Positions 1 through 12,300 of a DNA stretch of 64,000 nucleotides are shown in pieces. Position 1 is the stretch's first letter; each line of letters starts with the position of its first letter. The stretch is taken from assembly GCA_030141605.1 (NCBI GenBank), contig JAQGDQ010002374.1, forward strand, positions 434,001 to 498,000, read 5' to 3'. The notes below the pieces were generated by a model that was not told the origin of the DNA, did no database searches, and was given only the letters and a program-made list of their open reading frames with translations. This DNA is from Tubiluchus corallicola (lineage: Eukaryota; Animalia; Priapulida). The position numbers and the translations under genes were made by a program.

Positions 1-369
1 ACACATTTTTCACTACTTGCTTACTTTCACTAATCCACAATATTATAACGCCGAAAATTAAATGCTTTAAAAAATGCATTATTTTGACTCATTATTTGAC
101 ACTTTTCGTAAATTGTCATAATATTAAACAAGCAAGAAGGCAAGTTAATTGTAAACTGAAGTGTTTTTAAGCAAATATTTGTTGTTGACAGTTATCACAT
201 AATTTAAGTGTTTCTGTTTTATAAACGACTGTTTCCAGTACCTCAAAGTTACAACTTAAGGAACAATATAAGATCATATTGTGCTCAAAATGTAATAATC
301 TGCCATAGAATACAAGCAAAAAAGCATACTGCACCAATTAACTGACTAACTAATTAAAACAAACATTAC

Positions 370-3300
370 TTGATACATGTCAAGAAACTGGACAAATTCC
401 TCCAATGACCAGTTCAAAAGAAACCTTAGTTGGATTGACATGAGAGAATCTGCACATCTGAAGAACTCCTCAACTAGCTCTCTGCATCCACCTCTGCGAC
501 GCGGAATCAAATCACTCCACCGATCAGCAAGTTTGCGAAACATTTCTGCACAGTCAGGAATCCACCTGAAATGATGTATAAGAAAGGTTTAGTCACGAAT
601 CGCTTACGACGCTCAGTTATGCTTTGTTTAAATACTTCGGCACAGTGCAAGTTGGGATTCGGCATTCAAAGGCATGGCTTACTCAACGAGATGTTTATAG
701 CATGACTATCACTGAGTTCACTTGCAAGCATATCCTCTCTAAGACGAACTACTCTAAGACTGTACATACAGTAAAACCTCCTTATAACACCCCCTTTATA
801 ATGCCAACCTTGCTTAATGTCCAAATTATTAGCAAAACAAAACATCTGCATTTGCATAGACATGTAGGTATTAATGCACCTTGTTATAATGCTAAACAAC
901 TTATAATGCCAATTTTTTCAGTTCCAAAGTAGAGAGTATAAAGAGATTTAGCTACACCTCCTTCTAAGAGGTATGCAGCTAAGGTAAACCTAACACTGCC
1001 ACATACCACCCAGATGTGCTGCGTATGGTAGAGATGAGCATTGAATTTGAATTAGTTCGAATTCAATTTGAACCTAAAATTATGGATTTGAATAGCACTT
1101 CAACTACATATGTTGTTTACATTTAAAACATTTGAAACAGCACACATTCAGTATAATTTAGCTGTGATTTCTGTGCATGGAAGGAGTTTAAAATTCCCCA
1201 CACAATTTAAATACCCTAACACTGTCCCTAATGCTAAGCCAACCCTAACCCTAACCCTAGCTCTAACCCTGATCCACTTCATGAACTAATTTTTTTTGTG
1301 TGGGGAATTGTAAACCCCTGTGTCCAATTTTTAAACAGATTATTAGTGTTTTTACCGTAGAGTAAAAAACAACTAACATGCATGTTCTTTCTGAGACCAC
1401 TTTTTATTAATGATTTGAAAATTTATTTTAAAATCTTTATTGCTGAATTTGAATTCGGTGCAGACTGGAAATCTCGAAATACTGTTTGATTCGAATTCAA
1501 AAGTCATAAATTTGATTTGATTGAAGTTCGCTTTCTGGTAGAGAATGCTCACCTCCTACTATCTACGACTACGATTACTACGACAAGAATGTACGACTAC
1601 TATCCACTGAGCCATTGAACCCATCACATAAATATCATAGGCTGACAGCTAATGCTTCATAAAACATTTTCTTAAAAAGACAACGGACAATATTTGTTCT
1701 TGGGTGAGACTTTGATTTATCAGTATTCTAACTTTTTCTCATATGTCATCCCAATGTTAATGTAAAAGTAAAAATAAGTGTTTATTGAGATGAAAAAACA
1801 TGTGGATGGACTACACCTGATGACTGCACACAAAACTAACTCACAGAAAAGAATAAGAGATGTTCAACGGATAAATTACATTATGTTTGTAATTGTCAGC
1901 ATGTTTATAAACAACTGCAGTTTACTTTACCAATTATTACTGATAGTGAGTAATGAGTTGCAGAAAGGAGATGAAAAATTGTGGACCAGTCGGGATTTGA
2001 ACCAGAGACCTGGGATTAGTACTCGCGTGGTCTGCCAGGTGCGCTAAGGATGTCATCCATGTGACGCACCTGGCGCAATTGAGCAGCTGTTGACTTTTTT
2101 TTGAATGCTGTACCAGAACAATACGAATTTTCTTAACAAGACATTTTTACGAAAAGCTACAACAACACACAGCAGACAACATGGACTAGTAAAAAAGTAA
2201 CAAAAAATATATATAAAAATATAAGAATACAATGATAGTTCACAAATTACAAAAAGTTGAACTCAAATCAAAATGTATTTAACTCTTGTTGTTGATTAAT
2301 TGCATTATTAACCCAAAGTGTTTTTATCATTACATAACAATTTTGACTTGTTTTTCACATAAAATCAAAGTGCTATTTATAGTTTATACAAGATTGACTC
2401 TATTTGTTGCCCACTGATTTATAGTACATGTATATTCTTTATTTTGGACAACAATACTAAATTAAATTAGTAATTAGTAATGTTGCTTGTAGGAGTTATG
2501 CTCCCAAATTAGACTTGAAAGTCATCAGAAAATTGCATTAACCAGCAAAATGTCTAAGTCTGATAAAATAAACCAGTGAATCTCACACAGTTATTTGTAA
2601 ATTTATTCAAGGAAAATACGGTTAAAGTATACATGTCAATCTAAGAACATAACTAATTGACAAATATAATTTTTCAATGAGTTTACAAAAAGTATTCCCT
2701 AGTGTTCCGAGTCGAACACGGTAATCAGGCTGTCGATGTTAGTCTTGATGATTCTGGAGATCTAGTTTGCCTTCTACAATGGTGTTGTAACCCACTAGGT
2801 GTGATTTTATGGAAAATATCTTCATCTGACAGCTCAAAAACTTTTTCAGCCCTCAATTCTGAATGCTTAGCCTCTCTCAAGTTGTTAACATCCTCCTTAT
2901 CCCATTCAAATATACAAGTTGCAAACTTGCTCATAGACAGCTTGTATAAAAGGTGGCTTTCTGTACTACATGCCAAAGCAATGCGACACATTAAGTGGCA
3001 AATGTGGAGTCTAATTTCAAGATCTTTCCATTCAGCAAAATGTTTCTTGAATGACGAAGGCCTGCTACAAGCCAAAAGCAGTCCCGATTAACGTATAGCA
3101 AGCATGGTGGCAATGCTTGCGCAACTTCACAACGCTTGACCAAGCCACAACGCTTGACACACTGTTTCTAGTATGAGCCTTTTTCCACCTGTCAGGACTG
3201 ACATCAAGATCTCACCATGCTCATTGCCAACATTAGTCGACCTCACTGACGTACCTGCAGCCGCACCAGCTAGCTTGTGAGTAACCTGCAAAGAATCACA

Positions 3301-6300
3301 GTCATGAAGTCTATAATCAATAGCAAGGTATACATAAATTGTACACCATTTAAAGCAGCAATGTGCATTTGGCAGCAGTAGTTAAGCAATACTCAGGTTT
3401 GACAGTATATGGATGGGCGACTATTGAGTTAAATACTAGCTCTGAGCAGCTTTATTCACTTTACTCATTCTGGTTGTTAGCCTTATTCAGAGATGCTGTC
3501 TCTGTAGCTAAACATAGTCAATACACCTCATTTTAGGGCATTAACCTTAATAAGTTCCACCATAAGCCTCCAAGTCCCACCAGAACAATTCACAGTAAGT
3601 TGTCACTTGAAACTGTGAGTAGCAAATGTCACTTAAAAATGTTCGCAGGCTAAAGAATTTGTTGTGAGATCAATTTTGTCATCTCCAAAAAAATTCGAAT
3701 GCCCCATTTTCTTTATGTTGTTGACAAAATTTTAACCTAGTCAGTGCTTGCTATGATGAATGGTAGATTTAAATGATTTCACATCAGTGCTACCGTAAAG
3801 CTGCAAAATTAATTGTGGCCATCGTTCCTACAAATGGATTATAAAACAACTTAGTTTACCTGGCAGCAAAGACACTCTGTGCCAATGTCCAATAGACGTG
3901 GATGTCCAACACTTGCCAACTTAGTTTGGATGAGGTAGGTAGAACCAAAGGCTATTCTGCTGCTTCTTTAAAACAGCTTCACAAGTCTTTCAAAGGTTAC
4001 CTTCAAACAGAGCCTTGGGCAGCCACTAGTGGTTATATTCTGGTAAATAATTGGCCCAAGCTTCTGGCAATATCAGCTCTGTTGCCTTTGCATCACTGGA
4101 TCATGAAAATAACCGATTTTAATGGATGGAAATTAAAGCACCTAATAAAACTTATTTCATTTGCTACCTTGCAAAAAGCAAAAGTCTATAGAGAGCAGGG
4201 ATAAAAAAGCCAAAGTTTATACATGCAGTAACATGTTCCACCTATTATTAATTTACATAATTTGATGAGTTTGGCAGTATGCTACTAGTTAATCATGTAA
4301 TTTGCTTATAATGCTGGTGTTATTACTAATACACAACAAAAGTTTATTACATCAGTTATGCTACAAAAAGCAAATTTTGGAGGATGTAGTGTTGTGATTT
4401 TTTGCTAACTAGCTGTGTTTCTGAATAACCTTGGAAATTTAACTCAAACGACAGAAATCAGATTCTTAGAATTCATACTCTCAGAAACATAAAATTTAAC
4501 AGTTAACACACTTGACTGAAGAAACAGCGGTTTCCGGAATAGGTAAACTCCTTGTTGCTGGTATCTTAGCAATTTAGATAACATAGCAACTTACCAATTA
4601 GAAGTTGGGTTACTCTATTTTTGGTTACGTTATTTGCTAGTTGAGTTAGCAACATAGCAATTAGCTGCCAAAATTTATGCAGGTCTTTAAACTAAACAGA
4701 CAATAGTAATAATAATAAATTTTATATTTACCAATTTGAGCTTCTACTTCTTCTAAGGTCAAGAAAAAGTTTCATTTGCAGGCTGCAGTGAAGCACCAAT
4801 AGCAGAAAACGGCCTGCATACCACAGGCTCAAATGCAACACCCTTGGTTATTGTAGCCTCATGATGTGTGACTGCCTATATAAAGATGTATTTTTCAGTG
4901 CTAAGTTACAAGAAGCTGAGGAAAAATTCCAGCACTTATAAAAACAGCACTAGCTAAGGATGAGGTCAATACTAGTCACTCACTTCTTTCTTCTTCTCCC
5001 CATCTACCTATACTTTTTGCTACTTCATCCATCACAAGTGGAAAGTGTCTGAGGAATTCCTCCAAGCAATTTTTGTTTGCTGTAAGTTCATCAGGTTCCT
5101 TGGGCCTACGTGATTTCATTTCGACCTAAGAGAAATAGACTGGTCATTCCTGATATTCCAAAAAATCTCTCTATTAACAACTAAAATAAATAAAAAGCCA
5201 TCTCACTTTGAAAAAGTTAAGAAACACACCAGTTTAATGAAATAGTAGTAATGAAAACAAAAAATACTAAATCCCAAATTTTATTAATTTTTGAACTGCA
5301 AAACTTACCTGCACACAATCAATCATTCTGCATTGACATAATTGCAATTACAAAATCAATACAGTGTAGAATAGCTAATTTAAAATAAAAACCTATATTC
5401 ACATTACCTAGTATACCTATCAATTGTGAGCTAGCTCACCACGTACACAGCATAAAGTGCATCATTCTGCAGAAGCCATAAGAATGTGTGGCCTTCATAT
5501 TTGCCAAAATGAATTCTCATGCAGCTCAACACCCACTCTCTGTTGGCAGGATCACCACCTTCCTTTAGAATTTGCTTTTTAGCAAGAACTTCTGCCACAT
5601 GTCAGAGTCTGGTGTTGATGTTGTGAGTGGCTGTTGCCTGCACTTCTTTTCATGGGATCGTGCAACACTAGTAGCATGGAAGTTTAGTCAAGGTTGTAGA
5701 GGTAGTTTGCGACTCTAAAAACACCACAAAGTACTACCTTTTTAAAAGCAGGTCGCATGTTTTAGATATAACAGTTTGCAATTGTTTACACATTTTTTTA
5801 AATCAACGATTTTTAATTCTGATGTTGCATATGGATTCGATTAAATAAATCACTACGAAAGCGCTTAAATAAATTTTTAAGGCGGCGGGAAACTACAAAA
5901 ATCCACTGAAGATTAGTGAGGATGCATAAGACACACGGAAAATCAATTCTAAAGGAGTTGTCCATGTTTTGACAGCTCCTAAGCATATTGATACTGATAC
6001 AAATGGTGACATTAATGTTGGTGTTAGAAAAAATAGTATTAGTGGTTTTTGGGCGATGGACATTTTGTCAGATTCCTTCATTCACAAATATATAGCATAG
6101 AATCATGCTGGGAACCAGTTAAGAATGCCTAGTACTAACAGAAATGTAGGACAAAATGATAACAACAGTAATAGTGGGTTAACCGTTCTTGCAATAATTA
6201 ACAAATTATTGCATGAGCTCTTTTGAAGGTTAGTTATGTTAATTGTATTTGATGCCGATAGGTGTCAGCACTTGGTTGGGGCTGATTTTGGTCTTAATAA

Positions 6301-9300
6301 AGTGTCTTTTTATGTTGTCATTTTTAACTTTTTGTATGCTGTGTTATCAGTTTTCATGGCAGCAGAGAGTAGTTCAGCTGACAACATAAGTGCTGCCAAA
6401 AATAACTGATAAATTTTTAAGAAGGCAGGAAACTACAAAAATCTGACGAAGTTTAGTAAGGACGCATATGACACACACAAAAAAATAAATTGGAAATATG
6501 GCGGTTAGTAACTGAACTTGAGGCGAAGAAACAAGCATTAAGTGGTGACATTAACCTTAACTGGCAAGGCCAGAGAAGCGGCTTTAAGCATCAGAGTTGA
6601 AAATTTAAATAAGGTGGATGGTATGACGACACTTCTTAGTACATTGGATGGAGTGTTTTTAAAAGAGAGCAAGGATAGTACTTATGACGCATATAAAAAC
6701 TTTGATGGTATGATGCACTCATACAAAACAGTGAACTTATCGGCAAAAATTGGAAATACGAGCTGTAGGATTGCAGCCGAAGTAGTAAAAGCTGACATTC
6801 CTCTGTTACTTAGCAAATCTTCTTTAAAGAAAGCTGGAACTGTACTAGATTTAGCAGTGATGTTTCAAGAACCAATACATATGTGGTGACATATGATATA
6901 AGTAAACAAGAAAAAACTAAAGTTAAAGCAACTGAAGATCCACGTTAATGCACGTTAAAATCCACACCTGATGGAATAGTGCCAAAAGCTAGAATAGTAG
7001 TGAGAGGATTTAAAGAGTTTAATGTAGACATACAAAGAGACTCTTCTACTTGTGCTTATGAATCACTGAGAGTAATAATTGCAATTTTTGCACTCTGTAG
7101 ATGGAAGATGAACTCAATGGATATCAAAACTGCTTTTCAGTGGATATCAAAACTGCTTTCTACAATGAGAAATGATTGATAGGGATGTCTACATAAAACC
7201 TCCAAAAGAAGCTAGCCGTGAATGAACTTTACGACAACTCAATAAATGTGTTTATGGTATCACAAATTCATCATTACAATGGTATCGCAGAGTCCAAGCT
7301 GTTATGAACAAGTATAATGGAGTTATGTCAAAGATGAATCCTACAGTATTTAATTGGACTAATAATGCTGAAACGGTGACTGGCATAGTAGCTTGTGCTT
7401 TATTTGCGGTGGAACCACAAATTTTGAATCCATGATCATTAGTAAGATCCATGCAGCATTCAAAGTAGGCAAAGAGGATAGTGATGCCTTTAAGTACTGT
7501 GGCATTAGTCTTTCATCTGATGGCAGTAGTAACATATACCTTAATCAAGACAGTTAAACTGACAGCTTACAGAAAAGGATTACTAGCTGATTGCTTAACT
7601 AAGCATGGTGCCTCCACAGAAAAGGATTACTAGCTGATTGCTTAACTAAGCATGGTGCCTCCACTGTTGCATTACGCAAAGCACTTCAGGATGGAACTGT
7701 ACCTTTAAGTGTTATAACTTGAAGTATTGTACCTTAAAGCCAATTGTATTAAGTACAAAATGTTTTTTAAAGAAACCAAAGCAACAATTTTTTGTGAAGT
7801 CGTAACATTAACATTTATTTATTATTTTCACTAAACATTCGTGTTATTATTTACTTGAAATTTTAACTAACTTTCATTGTGCTGTTATTATGATTACACT
7901 TTTCATTACATGATACATACCAGACTTTTGTAGTCATTAACATTTTAAATAATATGAACACCCTTAAAAAATGCTTGGGAATTTGTTAACTGTATTTGAT
8001 GCTGATAGGTGTCAGGGTTGGGGGTGTAATTTGCCATGATTTTGGTCTTAATATAGTGTCTTTTTATGTTGTCATTTTTAACTTCTTGTATGCTGTGTTA
8101 TCAGTTTTCAGTTAGACTAGTTAAATGGAATGTCAGTTAGTTGAAATGCTTAAATTAAGACTTGAATTTTAAATAGAGTAGTAATCTTACTCTGTATAGT
8201 AGTATAACTACTAGCGTCTTCTTCTGGTCACATGTTCACTGGCTTACCGTAATGCTAAGCAGAAACCCGAGTGCATACTGTACAAAACTCTGATATACTT
8301 TTTGACACAAAAAAATTCAAAGTAATTTCGAAGTTTGTCAAAATTACGACTGTTTTCACACACTATAAAAATGCTCCTATTATGTCAGAAAGACACGAGG
8401 AAGGAAAGAGGTACCTATAGCAACAGCGTAAATAAAGTGCAGTTTGTGTCGCCACACTTCACTGGCTAGCGGAGTGCTCAATTTCAGATAATACTACTTA
8501 GTGATTGGTAAACTAGCGCTCAATTTCAGGTGCTTAAATTCATAAGCTGTTTAGTGATCGGTCAATGAGTGCTCAATTGCTCAAATGTTGACAGTCTTAC
8601 AGCTTGGCACCAATGCTACCAGTCAATATGACTGATTCAGCCTGAGATTTCCCCCTTGTAGCTCACAATCCAACAGCACCAGCTGTACTCATGACAGTAG
8701 GGGGATATTTATGGCATCAACAGTATTCTCAAATTAAGCTAAACTTTGAGATAGAAAGCTCATATTCTGCATTATTCCACACACAAAAAACTTTTGTACA
8801 TATCCTAAATAATATTTGTTATTTAAATATCTGTGATTATCGTAAATAACAGCTCATACTCCGTTAGAAGCCTTGTTCGAGTTTCATTGCAATAGGATTC
8901 GATTAGCTTCTGAAAATTGCTTGGTTGGAGTGGTAATTCTGACTCCTCTAGTTGTTTGCAACTAACGAACCTCAATTTTATATACCTACAATTGCAAAAC
9001 CTATTGTTTACTTTATTTTAAATGCAAATGCATTTAAATCACAATAACTTGTATTGTAATCATTATGCAAAATCAGTTTATGGCATTTTTCTGGTAAGAT
9101 GACACTATCACACTTTCTCTATGAAATAGTAACATTATTAAACATCCGTCATTTGCAGTCTTTAAGTTTAGAAGAAATAAGATTGCCATATGGACAAACA
9201 GTACATCATGGTTATTTTATTGACAGCTTGCAAAAAACTTGATTGACAATAAACCAATATAAAACAACATTGCTGGCATCAGCAAAAACTTGTAAAGCCT

Positions 9301-12300
9301 AAATAAAAATAATGCAGATAATAAATCATTTGTTTATTAATATGGTTGTTAATCGTCTTTTGTATATTTTTATCAGCTGTATTAATCAAGCCTCACAGTT
9401 TAGTGCTGAGGAGTGAGGATGGCACCAGCAATAGCAAGAAGTACAGTTTATTAATTACTATTCAATCACACAAAAGTATGAAAGCATTAAATTAAGTTCA
9501 CCGGGACTTGTATGCAAAATCTTCTACTTTCTTTTCTAGTTTGCAAGTAATAATAAAATAACTATGCTGTTATCAATACTAGTTATGGCAAACTGATAAT
9601 TTTCCCAACCTGCTAAGAAGATTGAAATGCTCTATGGTCAAATTTAGTGAAATCTGACTGTGAAATTGCATAAAAACCAAGAGATATGTCAGATAGCTTA
9701 TTTCAATGATACTAGACTGTAATTATAAGCAACTGCGTTAAAGAATGAAACAGTAAATAAGAAGGTACCTATTTCGTCACCATGTTTCCAATATTTGGTT
9801 AAAATTACAACAGTTTAGGCTGCAGGCAACAATATTTAAAGCTGTTATATAATAAAGAAAAATCAATACTTAAAACTATTTTACTTACTTTTCATTAAAT
9901 AAACGCTGTAACTCTTGCATAACTACATTAGAAGCAAATAAATGTATCTCCATTAAGAGCTTTGACTCGTGATATGATTCATGCCATGGCACAGGTGCAC
10001 GAATCACCCTGAAATGGTATAACTACTAGTGTAACAAATGAAGTATGTGGTCGCAACCAATGAGCATTCCCTGTCCAGCCATAATGCTAGAATAATTACC
10101 ACTTTCTCATACAGTCACTGAATAATAAAAAACACATTCAATTAAAACCCAGTTGGACTTTATGATTATTTGTTTAATTTGAATTTCGTCTTGTTAAGTT
10201 AGCATTTTGCATTCCACGAGGATAAACAACAGCTACTAACACACTATTTTAAATCTAATATAAATTCCAGCAGAGGCAAATTGATAATATTGAAAAAAGT
10301 TTATTTAGGAGTAAGCTAGTTCCACATCATCAAATGCATATAATTGAATATGATAGGATTTCCTGTCATCATCCAAGTTATATTCTGAGTTGGCGATAAG
10401 AGGCATTAATTATGTTGCTATAATTTTTACAATTAAAATTCACAATAGTTTTTTTCAAATTGCACTGTGAATTACTTATTGTATGGTTCACAATGCCTCA
10501 AGGTAACTAGCACTATATATTAATTGTCAGTAGCGGCCTAGCGTCAGGAAAACTATTATAAATGTTGTACATACTCTATTGTAATGTAAGAAGAACCCAC
10601 ATTCACAAAATGTAGATGCTGCCAAAGTGAGAGCAATGACAGCAACCAAAGTAATACCAACCAAAATTTCAACATTTGCTTCTTCAGCAGTTTATAAATA
10701 TGTTTTTCGAGAAGAAAATGCAAATTTTTTGTACTTTTTTTATACAATTTCATGCACTGCAAGCTGGAACCCAGTGTTTAACAGCAGGATCTACTCAACG
10801 AGATATTTGTAGTGAGATTGGAGCCTGCCTCATTATCAAGGAAGTCCTTCTATGTTGTTTTGAGCCATTTAACTGGCAGATGTGTCACAGCTACGTTCGC
10901 AATATATCCTCCTTCTATGAGGTAAACAGCCAGTAGTTTATGAATGGTACTGCCCAAAGTGAGCTAGTTTTCAACACACGCCATTTGCATGAAAGCACCC
11001 ATCCAGTCAGTCACAAACAATGTCACTCAACAAAACTAATGAAGAATGAAGGTGAGGAAGTAATACCTGTCTGGGAACGGAATTGGCAGTTCGTATATCT
11101 GCAGTCTAATTCGTTCTATCTCATCCATCAAAATATAATCCACTAATTCAAATAAAAAGAACTAAAATAAAATATTCGGCACATCTGCTGTAAAAACAAT
11201 AGGCATATCAGTGAACATATTTGCTTTCCACTGCAATTTCAAGCCAAGATGAAAAAGTAAAAAAGTTCAAATTAACAACTATTCAATTAAAAATGTGTTT
11301 AACTGATTATAAAATAACAACCACTTTTCCATTTAAAAAGTTAACGTTTTTCATTTGTACAAAACAGTTATATTTTGCGAGTAAAAAAGCATTTTGCCAG
11401 GAAGCTGCCTTTGCTGATCTTCGTAAATGAATTAATTGACAAATATGTGAATATTCTGGTATCAGTTAACTAATGTGTATATACACCAATTGGTAAGCTT
11501 CTTTTCTCATAAAAGAATAACGCACAAAATCAACATTGTTACCCAATGCAATGTGGAGATTACCTATGGCTTTTTTCACACTAAATTTGTATCGATCGTT
11601 CAGTTCAGCAGCAAGTTTTGCATGAAGCTTCTTCTGTTTGCCCACAGGAGGCACACTGTTTCCTAAGCGCAACAATGCATTCTGCATCAGTTCCAGTGGC
11701 TGAACTGCTAGATCACTGTCACGCACACCTTCATTAATATAGTAACAATACCGCTAAAAACACAAAAAGTCATGATAAGCGAAAACCCTACATTTCACAA
11801 ATGTGGTTTACCAAATGACCTTGAAAAGTTTTATACATATTGATATTAAAGGCTTATATATATATATATATATATATACGCTGCATGTTATGGGAAAGTG
11901 TATGTTGTAACAATGAAAACATGCTAACTAAGCACACCTGCCTTTCGTCTACATATGCAGTTTTCATCTCTTTCTTCACTAATATCATTCCACATAATGA
12001 CAATAGAATTTTATCAAGCAGTGCTCTAGAGGCAAAAGTAAAAATGAAAGATACAAACCTCAAAGTCTGTCAAAGTTTGATCGACAATTGCATCCTGACA
12101 CTTCGTAAGAATAATATCCCGCTGCAACACAGGTGACATTGGACGACTAACTGCTTCAATAGCCTGCTTCTTAGCAGCCCTGCAAAGATAGGAACACCAC
12201 CACTTTTCATTCGTTAATAAAACATACTCAGGCTTTCAATAAGACATTTGGTGACATTTGATTGACCATTTGGTGAGGTGACAAACAAGATATTGTAAAT

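Larger units (their letters stand above)
2047..8612 (-). mobile_element. Dada-like DDE DNA transposon without TIRs (degenerate), inserted in a tRNA-derived A-box
   Basis: Boundaries set by comparison with the empty site at 54952-54957. Flanks are GCGCTA (2041-2046) and ATGCTA (8613-8618). There are no true TIRs, but GCTCAATT subterminal motifs occur at both ends, and the interior holds a transposase pseudogene. Confidence 0.7.

Noticed and set aside
1982-2046. Functional tRNA gene
   Set aside because: Interrupted at the A-box, with mismatched stems and a non-canonical anticodon loop, and embedded in a repeat family.
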